Below, piece by piece: positions 1 to 11,706 of a DNA stretch of 64,000 nt (position 1 is the first letter of the stretch; every line of letters begins with the position of its first letter). This DNA comes from Paraphysomonas bandaiensis (taxonomy: Eukaryota > Protista > Chrysophyceae). A program made the position numbers and the translations under genes. Below the pieces are notes generated by a model that was not told where the DNA came from, ran no database searches, and worked only from the letters and a program-made list of their open reading frames with translations. The stretch lies in contig CBFFRP010000369.1 in assembly GCA_965644295.1 (NCBI GenBank), positions 35,221-99,220 of the forward strand. Direction: 5' to 3'.

Positions 1-3000
1 CAGAGTTCTAGGTCTGGAAAGGACCGGCTCAGTGGCCCCACGACTGAGAATTCGATTCAACGGGACAGGCGTTGCGGACTTTGCAGGTGGAGTGCTTGTG
101 CCACTTCCTTTCCGTTCCTGAGGTTGTGAGGTACTTTTTTCAGGAGTGGCAGTTGGAGTCTTACGAGTAACGGAAGGTGACATACTTGGAGGCGGCTTGA
201 GGCCACCAAGCTCATGAAGTTCTTTAAGTGTTTTCCTTATTTCTTTCGGGTTGCTGTTCATATTAGCACCAACAGTTGCACCACGTAGGAAAGGTTTCGG
301 CTTCTTGGATTTCGGTTTCGGTACATCCTCCGCCTCTTTTAACATGGCTGATGGAGCGAGCATCTGAAGCATACCCTTACGTCCGCCGCCCTTGGCTTTC
401 ACATTATCCTCTGTTTCGCTATTCTCCTCGTCGCTGTCATCCTCATCACTTTCCTCCTTCATGCTAATTTGAGACGTTCGATCTCTTTCGGACCGGATAC
501 TCTTGCGTCCTGTATCGGCTTCAATAATTGGTGATATCGGTTTGCGCACCCCTAGTAATCCTACGATACACTTAAGACACTGAGGTGGTACACAAATGAT
601 GACCTACCCAATGGCCTGACTCGATTAGTCGTTCCGCCCACCATCCCGCCCCCTATAGTTAAGAAAGTTATACCATCACTACAATTACCACTTATCCTAC
701 CGATCTGACTTGACATCCTTCGGCCTTCACTACCCTCGCGTGTGTTGTGCGTCGTCGCCACATATCCCACATACGTGTCGTCGTCATCATCGGAGTCAGA
801 TAACGGTACCGAGTTTCGAGTTGACATAAGCCTCTCGAGTCTTAGATTATCGACAGCGAACTGCAGTACAGCAATTAAGCGTCAGAAACATACAAAACAT
901 TTACAAGCACCACACCTTTTGACTGTTCCCATTTCCAGTTTTAAAAACAATATTATTCTTCAGGTTCTTAAGGGTTGACAGCTTTGATGCCTGTTTAGTC
1001 ATAAAAACAGCTGTCGGCTTTTGAGATGTCAATTCTCCTGGTTTGTCGTCACTGAATGAACATGGGAAGGAATCTTCCTCGTCATTAATTTTATTCAACA
1101 TACTTATAACGCAATTAATATCTGTTAGGCCTCTGGCTACATGCTCGGCTTGCATCTGGTCGTCTGCCATTATCAAAGCTACGTTGAAAACAGAAAAGAA
1201 GGACTTAAAGGTTTTGTGATCCCCTAAATCCTTTTGAGTGGGGTTGAATGTCATTTCATCTTGGTCAGCACTGCATAGTCCCAGAACTATAATGCCCCAT
1301 TCCATGTATATAGCTTCACATAGCCTGTCAAAACTATATGATATTGCTTTAAGGAAGTCACTGTCGAGTGGTACATAGTAAAACTCCATACGGGCTCCAT
1401 GCAAGTACTCGCCATACCACGGGTCCAATTTATTCTCAACAACAGCGGACACTGCACCAAAGCTATGAAAAATGTTTTCCACAAATGTTGAAAAACCAGG
1501 ACAAATCGAGTTTCTAGCCTGGAGGGTAGTTTTGAACTCATCCAGACATAGGATGACGTCAATATCACTATCCTTAAGGATGGTACGATCCTCTGGTCGC
1601 AGCACCTGTACAAGACAGTCTAGATCGGGATTGAAATTTGACACAGATAGTGCTCTCATAACAGTGGCCGCATCTTCTGTTCCCGCCGCTGAGGCTGACA
1701 CCTCGGTATTGCACAAAAAAAACATTCCTGCTGCCACATCTGCTCTCACTTTCTTAAGATCTTCAACGGAGAGGGCAGACCCGATCACATATGTGACGCG
1801 AGAATCCAACATCGGACTAAGAATAAGGTTGCGAACATCTTCATTTGGCTCCACGGGACACAATACAACAGCATGGAACTCCGGGGACGAGGAAAATGCT
1901 CTATCTGGATGAAAGAACTCCTTGAAAAACTGCTCTAATTTGGACTTGTCATTAACATGGCCACAGAGAATGACATGGCTCTCTTGGGGATGGGCCTTGT
2001 ACGGATTGCGATAAGGCGATCGCATCGATAAAAGAACCTGTAATTTGTTGACCTGCATCGGAATGACCACTAGAGAGGCTACTATGAACAGAAGCACCAC
2101 AGATCTTGAGTACCTACACAGAAGTATATCAGAGATATCAGAAGAAACCGCAGCACAGAGTTCTCACGTTGTAGTTGGAGCAATGTCGCCATAACCCACA
2201 GTAGAAACAGTAACGATTATGAAGTAGAATGCATCGAAATATGTCAATCGAATACAGCGGATACTTGAGGGTTTGTATTGGTCATCTCCACGCTGTATAA
2301 TGCAGCCGATTAGAATACCAGAAAGATCCAAAAGTGAAACTACCTGGTAATAACCTTCACAATTGTTCTCCTTGCAGTCACAAGAATCATCTGCCGGAGA
2401 GCTAGGAGAACATGAGGGGCGCCAATCAGTTCGCGAGTTGATGTACTGACAGTCGAACTGATACTGCTCAATGTCGTTTTCCATGAGCTGAACCAAGCCT
2501 GCATAGAAAGATTAGGCGAAACACTACTTGCTAGACGAGTTTCACCAGCTGCAAGAAATGTCATACTCAGTAAGGTAAGTGTTAACGATAACAACTGCCT
2601 CTTCACACCACTCATGTTCCGTAAAGCCTTAAACGTTCTGAATATTCTTGCCAATCGCAGAATCCTAACAAAACGTAGAAACCCTAAATTGGTAGCTTTG
2701 TTACCAGTGGCTATCGTTAAGTATACAGGCAAAATAGTCACAATATCAACTATTGTCATAGACTGTCTAAAATAAGAAAGTGTTCCGTCCAAATAAAAAT
2801 TTAACGAAAAATCCACCATAAAGAATTGTGTGATGATCATTTCCGATAACAGGAAGGTCGAAGCTCCTCTGTAGCTGGAGATGTAGGTGTCCGCCACATA
2901 GACAATACATGCCAACACCGACAATGCGATTTGAAGGATATCCCACACGGCCCCTGCCCATGAATTCGCTTTGGTTATAGCGATTTTCTTCCTGAGCGGG

Positions 3001-3185
3001 TAATGCTCTGGAAGACCGGGAAAGAGTATTCGTGAAAGGGAAAAATCATCCGACTGCATGCTGCTGACATGGTCTGCTGCCTTCTTGTTCTTCTTCTCTA
3101 TTTTGCTAATAGAGGGAAGTCCCCGGGGATTATCATGAGAGAAAGAGTCGCGACTAGAGAACTGTCTGGACAGACCCCTATTCAT
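1..3185 (-). CDS. Calcium-activated large-conductance (BK/Slo-like) potassium channel alpha subunit; multi-exon, 3' end runs off the left edge
   Basis: S1-S6 helices, S4 'FLRFVRILRLARIFR', pore 'YFIIVTVSTVGYGD', RCK1 'HVILCGH...YVIGSAL...QARNSICPGFSTFVEN'. GT-AG introns near 2546-2500, 2343-2293, 2166-2114, ~917-862 and ~607-561 join the ORFs to a low-complexity linker. Confidence 0.93.
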
Positions 3186-3883
3186 AGTTGCTACACTGGA
3201 TGTCGCCTATCTGATAATCTCTGCAAATCGAGAGCATATACAATGCTACAAACGCATATAAATCTAACGCCTACACTACTATCGTACCTTATACTATAGG
3301 GGCGAGGATATTATATTAATGTAACGATAGGGAGGGACGTCAATGTATACACACACACACACACACACTGGTAGATCAGTGCCCTACAGAGCTACCTGTA
3401 CAACACCGTACAGAGCTGAAGAGGTATGCCTGGTATGCGTATGATGGCACATCCCTGTATACAGCTACACTACACAGTATGCTATGGAGAGGGATTGGTA
3501 CCAGTACACATACCTGCTGCTGCTGTATACATAGATTCGTACAATGAAACTGACCACTGATACTGCTGCTGGTGCAGTATTTCTGTGATAACGACGGACT
3601 CTGATTGGCTAATAAAATACAATTTTCTATTCCCCAAAGTCCAGCAGGGTATTAAATATCCAGATATTTTGATCTAGAACTTGGAAGAAATTCAGTGTAT
3701 GAAGTACAGCAGTACACACCATGTACAGAGTATGCAGTACTGATGTATGCATGTCCTACTGTGCTGTATGCCATATATTTTAGACGGGAGAATGGACGGG
3801 AGGTGGATCTGCCTCATGCATGGAAAGCAAGAACGAGATAAAGCGGCACATCACACTAATCTGACTCCACTCTCTTGAGCGCT

Positions 3884-4647
3884 ATGGCTCCTTCTAAAGC
3901 AAAGCGTCCTATTGCTGTTCGTCTAAGAGGAGTAGGTAAAGTTAAATCACCAGGACCGAGCAGACTCCTCACTTCTATTGATGATCAAATAGCGGCTCTC
4001 GAAAATGAGATTAATGATATAACTAGTGACTCCGGCGATGAGGATTCGGATGAAAGCTCTGATAGTGACTCGGAAGGCAGTGTACATGAGGAAGAAGATT
4101 TAGTCGAGGTTCGTGATAGTGACGGTAATATAGTGTCCATCAAGTCTAAATTAAACGGTAATTCTTATCGTGTGTTGTTATTGTTTGACGATGATTTATA
4201 GATGAAAAAATTAACCCCTTACCCAAGGAGTACTTACCTGATCCTAAGTGCGGAATTCCAAAAGCGGTAAAGGGACCACAGAAACCAAAGCAGCCACGTA
4301 AGACTAAATCTAATGACAGAACTGTGTTGGGTGCTGCAGACGGACTACAGAAAACTGTGGACGAACTCTTACGCAATTATACTCCATCGTCTGCTGAACG
4401 GCGGCCTTTTTGGTGCCGGATATGTAGGTATCAGGGGTGTAGTGAAGAAGACCTTATGAATCACCGGCAGTCGGAATTACATACCCTGGCATCAGAGCGA
4501 GAGCGGAAGCTGAGTACATGCAAGCTTTGTCGAAAGCAATTCACATCTCCTGAGCAGTTAAAGGAACACTTGAAGGGTAAAGCCCATATTGAGCGTCTTA
4601 GTCGCATGAATCAGAAGCAACAGAAGTCTAAAGACTTTCACCGATAG
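3884..4647 (+). CDS. Two-finger C2H2 (matrin/U1-type) zinc-finger protein with acidic N-terminal tract; one intron ~4158-4201
   Basis: 'FWCRICRYQGCSEEDLMNHRQSELH' and 'TCKLCRKQFTSPEQLKEHLKGKAH'; GT...AG intron links ORFs 3875 and 4324. Confidence 0.85.
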
Positions 4648-5128
4648 GGACCTGTATTCGTGATATTATTGTATAGTGCTGTGACCACTGTTTATTTTAT
4701 TTCAAACTTAAAAATATGTAATGATGATAGCTTTAAGCCGCTAGCATTCCGTTCTATAAACGCCCTAGCGGCATAATCCTATGGTCGTCTACTATACAAC
4801 CGTAATACAACCTTAGATTACTTTGATGGTCGCGGAGCTAAAAATCGACAAACGTACTCCTAAATATCTCAACTCATTGATGAGATACTTTGTAGTATAG
4901 TGATATTTCCAGGGCTACTATGACTGCCCAATTACAATTCATTTTTGTGACCTTGTACTCAGCATTGCTTCTGCTACAACTGTACAGCTGTAACTTAAGT
5001 ATTTGTTACGTTTTACATTACTGTTCCAAATATCCATCACAACTGATACAACCAGATAGAATGCACATATATATTATTACAAATATAATCACATCAGTTA
5101 ATATGAATAAATAAACTATTGATACAAA

Positions 5129-6328
5129 TCAAAGTACAAAACAGCACTTCTCACTCTTAGTGGTCTCGACATTGCACTCCGTGTGTCGCTCGGTGCATAC
5201 CAACATCTCAAAATCCCGAAGAAATTTCTGCACCTGAAGTCGACCATCTGACCCAATACAAAGAAAATTGTCTGCTTCATTTAGGGCTTTGTCAATTGCT
5301 CTGTTTATTATTTCTATGTCACGGCTATCGGCTCCAATGATATGAATTTCCCTGGCACCAACATAAACACGCTTACATACTGCATCAACTGCAAGAGCAG
5401 CAGCCTGTAATGCAGCACTTTCGTTATCCAAAAGAGAGGCTAAGTAAAGCACCGGAAGTGCTAGATGCTCGAGAGCCTGCTCTGAGGCTATATGCATAGC
5501 AGAAGCATAGTAGCCCTCAATGGAATTGACATTTCCGTCATGCAACGGTACCTGGATATGTATCGTTCCGCCATAACATCCGGCAGAGAAGCATGCATTT
5601 ACAATATCATTAGGGTTACAGTCACTTCTATCCAAGCCGTCAACATATTCCACCTGCACAATAGCACCTCTGGGCCCACCGTTAAAACAATGCATATCTC
5701 CAAGTGAAATGCACAAAATGGCACCGTGCGAAAGCTGTAAACGGCGAGTGACAGTTATACCCTTGGCTTCTACACAATGAGCAGCACTGCTATACCCTTG
5801 TAACTCTATTGCCGGGAACAGCAAAGTGCACACACCCGCTTCCGATGCAATGCGAATGTTTCGCGGATCATCGTCAACTAATAACACATTGGACAACGAC
5901 AACTTCTGTTTGTGAAGTTTATATATACACTCCATCGCTGATCCAATGTGACCCTGCTTTCCATACTCGGAAAATCCCTTTGGAGTTTTCCATGACCCAT
6001 CCTCGCACCGAATAATAATTTTCCCAGCGATCTCATTTCCACCTAGCACAATAGCCAAAACCTTACGAATAAGTTCAGTCTGTCCGCTAAACGTAACCAC
6101 TGCTACGTGCATGTCCTGAATTTTAACAGCCTCTTGTAGCATCGCGGTGAATACAGGACGAACATGGGCCGCTAGGGTGTCAGCAGAGCCTGTCCATCGC
6201 CCGCCAGTGTGGATCTGCACTATAGTTGCATCGAAATCAATCGCCAGCAACCTTATCCCGCCCACAGAGGCGGCTAATGAAAGAATTCGTGCAACATGGT
6301 TGTGCAATTGGCCGTTATCGCAGCTCAT
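5129..6328 (-). CDS. HAD-superfamily phosphatase fused to a degenerate Macro-like domain, with C-terminal CaaX box
   Basis: HAD motif I 'LLAIDFDATIV', motif II 'VVTFS', motif III K (GKQGHI), motif IV 'LLVDDDPRNI'. The C-half resembles Macro ('ILCISLGDM', 'YYASAMHIASEQALEHLALPVL'). Ends 'KCCFVL*'. ATG could also be 6382 or 6400. Confidence 0.75.
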   Translation of the reverse strand: MSCDNGQLHNHVARILSLAASVGGIRLLAIDFDATIVQIHTGGRWTGSADTLAAHVRPVFTAMLQEAVKIQDMHVAVVTFSGQTELIRKVLAIVLGGNEIAGKIIIRCEDGSWKTPKGFSEYGKQGHIGSAMECIYKLHKQKLSLSNVLLVDDDPRNIRIASEAGVCTLLFPAIELQGYSSAAHCVEAKGITVTRRLQLSHGAILCISLGDMHCFNGGPRGAIVQVEYVDGLDRSDCNPNDIVNACFSAGCYGGTIHIQVPLHDGNVNSIEGYYASAMHIASEQALEHLALPVLYLASLLDNESAALQAAALAVDAVCKRVYVGAREIHIIGADSRDIEIINRAIDKALNEADNFLCIGSDGRLQVQKFLRDFEMLVCTERHTECNVETTKSEKCCFVL

Positions 6329-7893
6329 GGTGACAAAGCTATAGGCTGCACCAATGCAGTTTCTCCTGTGCAGTATCTTCATGCAACTCCAGGCAGACAT
6401 ACACGCACAACACGGATATACATATATACAGCAGACTGCTGTCGGTATACATCTTGCAATCTACGGTCTATACGCAGCTGTACTCTGCTCTGTACGGTAC
6501 GTCTACTCCCATATACAGCCAGCACACGGGGGTCAGCTGTGTCTCGTATCACATACACATCTCATCACTATCTCGATATCAACCGCCACAGCTCAACAAA
6601 TGCTGCAATCTGTGAATCCTGTCCATCTATCTTCTTGAGAGGTACAACTGTAACTGTTTCTACGGACTTGATAATCGGATGAAGAGGATATACATACTCC
6701 CCTTCTACTGACTGCAGTTGTACTGCTGTGAGGTCGGCTTCCGTGTAATCTCTCTCCACGTTACCCTCTTGTGACCCTTGCGATGTAACTCTTATTCCAC
6801 CACCAACTATTTGACTTGATTATCCCACCTAAAGGAGATGTTCTTGGATATAGCAGGGGCCGGAGCTTCTCCTTCATTTCCTTCACTAGTTGACATCATG
6901 CAGCGCCACGAGCATATACACTGGTACTTGTCATGCTGCTTCAACGCTTAAATGTATGTCTGATTGTTTACGGCTAGTGAATTGCGTCCGTCATCACGTT
7001 AACTCTATGCCAATAATTTTATTTGTTGCGAACATTACAATACTTTGAACTATGGATTTAAGTACCTCATATCTAATACATTGGTATCACGTAGCTGTTA
7101 TATATATTCATTATATATACAACTAATAAACGTTAACTTTATAAATATTAAATCCATTAGCCACAATTCTACTGAACTTGTGGTAGGGAAGTGGACATCA
7201 GGAAGCTACGAGAATGGCAAAATTCATTTGAAACAGAGTTAAAAGTAAACCCAATTCCTTGATTTCAAAGGTAGTGGGCATGTGCAGATTGTCTTAGGTA
7301 ACACTTATTGGAAGGTCATTATTACAGATTACAGCTACTTGGGTAAATCTTTAATGGTAATTATCGAATTGAGATAGCAGGAGACTTTTGTACAAATTCT
7401 GCGGATACAAATTGTAAGCACATGTTTAATAACATTTTAGTTTTATGATTTAGAATATGGTAGTCTCGTAGTACCACTATATTTTTTAAAGTTTCATTAG
7501 GTGATCGATCCTTTCTATATATGTCTATCTGGGCGCAAAATTTTCCAATGATAAAAACTGTCGGCTTAAGAATCAGTTCTTGAAATTTGCTTACATCTAT
7601 AAGTAATTTGTACTCATCTCTACACTTATTATTATTCAATGTGAGATATATCTGAATAGACAATGACAGCTGACGACATTAATGTTCTTGTTGTTTGTTG
7701 CACGAAGATAAAAGTGAAGGCATCAACACGGACCATCGACATCTGTAGTTCAAAGTAAACATACATTTTAAGTCCTTTACATGTTATAGAATGATGAGAT
7801 CAAAGTCAGCACAAGGCTGGAAGTAGAGTAGTATTAAGATAAATACAGACTATAAATTAGTGTACTACAAAACAGACCACTGCTAGCTGCTAG

Positions 7894-8928
7894 CTACCAC
7901 CAAGTTTTCCTCGCTGGGACAGGTGGGTTTGGGGGTGCCTCATCACCACTAAATGGCTTGATGTGAAAGTACGCGATATTGCAATAATTCATATATTCTC
8001 CGTAATTGGTTGTAAAATTAAGTCCAAGCGTAGATTGAATGTGCAAAGCTATTTTGTAGTCTTCTCTAGATTCGTCTGTCATAAGAAGTGGCCGGGATAT
8101 GTATTCAAGATTTGTATAATTCCCGTATAATTCGCAGTGTTGGCGCCTCCTGTGGTGGTCAGAGAGAACATTGCTACCAAATACTACTGGTGGGATCTCA
8201 TGATACGTTTCCAAGTTCCGCTTCAGCCATGCAGCCTTCGGATCATCTGCACGCTCAAGCGTCGATTTGACAGAGTTCGCATGCTCTTGACGTGTCAAAC
8301 CTCCTTGCTGGGGATAATTATCTTCCAGTATCATGTGCTGGAATCCTTGTTTTTGTAAGTATGTCACACGGGCGTAGGACATTTGGTGGTCGTCTTCATA
8401 CACAAGGGTTGTAGCCGGATTGACTCCAGGATAGTTGACCCAATCAATATCCTGAATATCCTTAAATTTCTTACCTGTGAGATATTCATTGTTAGTATTA
8501 TCTATCCATCGAACTGGTTGACCACAGATAGGGTGATCAAGAGGGTCTATAGAGATAATTTTTGCGCTTGGAGCAGCCGAGCGAAAGAAATATGTTGAGA
8601 CACCAGAATTAACGCCCGATTCAATTACTGTTTCTGGTTTGATATGCTTGGTGACCATATATATAGCAAACGCATGATTGATACGAATACCACACTTGTT
8701 ATTTTTATCTGGTCGATTATTATAGAGCTCAAGAAATTCGTCTAAATGTTCCAAGAAATACTCACGAGAGTTGTCAATGAAGTTGTGTCCCAGCTGCATC
8801 AGTTTGCTTCCCAGTTCGGAAGATGGTACTCCAAACTGAAAGTCTCGTCGTATGTATTTAGCTCTACTCAAACAGATAAGCGTACAAAACAATAGAGCCC
8901 TAGCGATGTAGACTGCCTTTAATGTCAT
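7894..8928 (-). CDS. Secretory-pathway class I SAM-methyltransferase-fold protein of unknown function
   Basis: N-terminal hydrophobic signal/anchor; 'KPETVIESGVNSGVSTYFF', 'IISIDP', 'EDDH', 'MILEDNY' motifs; intronless ORF. Confidence 0.7.
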   Translation of the reverse strand: MTLKAVYIARALLFCTLICLSRAKYIRRDFQFGVPSSELGSKLMQLGHNFIDNSREYFLEHLDEFLELYNNRPDKNNKCGIRINHAFAIYMVTKHIKPETVIESGVNSGVSTYFFRSAAPSAKIISIDPLDHPICGQPVRWIDNTNNEYLTGKKFKDIQDIDWVNYPGVNPATTLVYEDDHQMSYARVTYLQKQGFQHMILEDNYPQQGGLTRQEHANSVKSTLERADDPKAAWLKRNLETYHEIPPVVFGSNVLSDHHRRRQHCELYGNYTNLEYISRPLLMTDESREDYKIALHIQSTLGLNFTTNYGEYMNYCNIAYFHIKPFSGDEAPPNPPVPARKTWW

Positions 8929-9429
8929 ATTGTGATTAGGATGGCGCAGATGACAATATAATGACAGTGATAGTAGGACGGTCAACGGTGTGTAGATTAT
9001 AGTAGTATAGTGAGGAGTGGGTAGTGAAGTGGGTGAAGACGAGGATCACTGAACAACTGCTATATCAGGATGAGTGCATAACATCTACATACATACATAC
9101 ATATATATGTACAGTGTATATGTACTACGTGGTGGTACATATAATACCGGCTCACCCTACACATATGTATACCGGTATACTGTACCGTATAGCGAATGAT
9201 GTCGTACTCATACCCTGTCCAGTATACGGTATATACGGTATCTACAGTATACTATACTTAGAGACACGACGTGGACCACATCAGTTGGAATGTGTGCTAT
9301 ATTATATCAAGGAGCACCTCCTTCATTGTGAGAGTGGTCCACAAACAGTAAGGGAAGCTCTCACCCTTTCAGTTCTAACACTTTCACACCTTCAAGCGAG
9401 GCTGTGGTTTATTGTGGTGCATGTTATTT

Positions 9430-9930
9430 GTAGGTGCCCTATTCCGAGATCACGCCCTAGTAAAATGATAGTGTTGATTAAACTAAGCAACGTATAGATT
9501 TTATTAAACTCCTGGCGCATTCTTTGTGTGCTTGTGTGTGGCACCAGACAAGCGTCAGCTAGATCTACACTGTACTTGCATAGTCGTACATGATTACGAG
9601 AAATCCTACGCATTCTAAGGAAGGAGGGGTCTCAGCTAATGCCAGCTTGGCCTATACTGAGTCATACATGGTCACGAAAACTCCGCGTAATCTTTTGGGA
9701 AGGTGAACATGGCATTGCTAGAATATGCGCGAATTACATACATAGGTGAAGACGAACACGGGATAAGGCAGTAGGGTGGCTCGCACAGTATCCGTGCGCG
9801 AACTATATGGTAAGTCAAGCTGTTGAATAGGTGGACGGGTGTGTGAATACGTAGAATCAGCGCAATTTCTTGGTGTTATATGTGGTATACCAGCGAGTCA
9901 TCACTATGGCCACACTGTCGGAATGGGGCA
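9430..9930. repeat. Unclassified interspersed repeat, copy 1 (paralog at ~52505-53040)
   Basis: Shared blocks such as 'tgtggcaccagacaagcgtcagctagatctacactgtacttgcat', 'atgattacgagaaatcc' and 'taccagcgagtc...cactatggcc'. Confidence 0.8.
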
Positions 9931-10584
9931 GCGTGCATATATTTGTTGTTGTTGACGTGAAAGCTCAGCTCGTTGTGTTTGTTACGTTTTTTGAACGTTA
10001 CATGAGCACAATCACTGTGGTGTGGTACAGAAATATTTTACTCTGACCTTCCCATGTTCTGATATATCATCGTTGTTTTGGTTGTGCTCGGTGTTAAAAA
10101 GGCTTACTTTATCACTCTTGTACGAATATTAGTGTGCACTATTGCGACATCCATTTCTGGAAGGCAAGCGAGGCATGATACGCCAATGGCTGAGGTAGGT
10201 TGTACAATTTATATGTTGTTTTGATTTTTTTCTAGCATATACTGCAGTCGAAGAGATAATTTGTAATATATTTCCCATGTGATTGGGACTCCTCTCCACA
10301 CCACCTACCTGCGTATACTGCTTGTATCGAGTCAAATTAGCCTGTCATCTCTGGAATGAAGTTCTTCGTTAAGTGTTATTGTCAAAGATATGTCGTGTCG
10401 CATTGCCATTGAAATCGTCAACAAAACTGAAGCTGGTAATTCACCTACTGTCAACTATGTACACCCATTTGACACAAGATCGACATATAAATATTAATTT
10501 TCATATATATAACTGAAGATGCCGTATCAATGTAGATATACCCAAATTAAGTCAAGTACTTTGTAATGTAGTATGTAAGGCCCT

Positions 10585-10742
10585 CGTGTTTTTAGTGAAT
10601 GTTTTTAGTGAATGTCTGATTATTAGCAATAGGCGTGTAAGACTAGCAAAATAATTTAACTAACCAGTGCTTAACTCTGATATCCTACAATTTGGCGCTG
10701 CTGATTGTGTGTCACCGCAAGCACCAAGGTGCAACCACTTTC
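10585..10742 (-). mobile_element. Short LINE-3'-derived (SINE-like) element, subfamily B, with (AAAAACATTCACT)n tail
   Basis: Head 'gcaagcaccaaggtgcaaccactt' and pre-tail 'ttagcaataggcgt' match the LINE 3' end at 56767-56960; tandem tail 'gtttttagtgaat' x2. Confidence 0.8.
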
Positions 10743-11218
10743 ATTACTTCTCGGCTTCATGATACTTCACTTCAGGGCCTGGTAACCATTAATGGTAATG
10801 CCATTATAATTGCCGGGACATTTTTAATTAATGCCATTAATCTACTTTTGTTGAGAGGCTCTTTAGTCGTGCAGCGTTGATTATGACACCTGAGCGTAGA
10901 ATCATGAATCCATATCGACTAGAATCGGTGCTATTCCTACGAGCCAATTACATGTTGTGGGATGTTTATACCCTCCATAAAGCCCTGCAAGAAGATCCTG
11001 ATGTGTCAGTAGAGAGCGAGAAGTAGTTAAAATTTGTAGTCTGCTATTTAACTAAAAATTAGCAATTAAGGGAGCACAACAGTATCTATTATATGAGTGG
11101 TGCTATCTACTTTAAGTTAGTAGGTACTAATGGCCATTAATGCGCCATTATAATTGCCGGGACATTTTTCATTAATGCCATTATAATTGACGGGAGCTGG
11201 ACTACCATTAATGGGCCA

Positions 11219-11562
11219 TGTTAGCTTTGGACATTTCACTGAAGTTAACTTTGCTCTACGCGTAAACCGTAACCTTGCTGTTGAACACAATGCACTTTCA
11301 AGTAAGAAATTATAATTATTATTCTGAACACTTCACTACATATTCGTGTAACATATGTTGAAACATCTGTTCCCAGCAACACCTGTTTATCATATGTTCA
11401 TCAGTCAGTTCTATATCTTGTATAGTCACACATCAGTAACTGAATTTAATTCCTTTGTAACTATAATCACCCGTTACACCTATGAGTTGACTTTACCTAT
11501 TGCACACTGTTAACTCACTTCAATTGCACAATATATATCACATCATATTGCAGAACTCAACA
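11219..11562 (-). repeat. Copia 3' LTR (344 bp)
   Basis: Direct repeat of 15043-15386; no differences found by eye. Confidence 0.95.
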
Positions 11563-11706
11563 CTCCCACTCAATTGGATGTAGTTAACCATTCTAAAATA
11601 TGTGAAGAACATTGCTATCGGATACGCAACCACCGAACCTCATAGGACACTGGTGGACGTATGACTCCGCTGGTATAGCTAGCTCCCACCATTCAGTAAC
11701 ACCTAA

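Noticed and set aside
3600-3670. CCAAT boxes and TCCAGATATT motif in divergent promoters
   Set aside because: Short motifs expected by chance; too few instances to support a call.
6560-7700. Short ORFs 6568-6759 and 7361-7663 as genes or transposase remnants
   Set aside because: Interrupted by stops, with no recognisable motif or terminal repeats; left unannotated.
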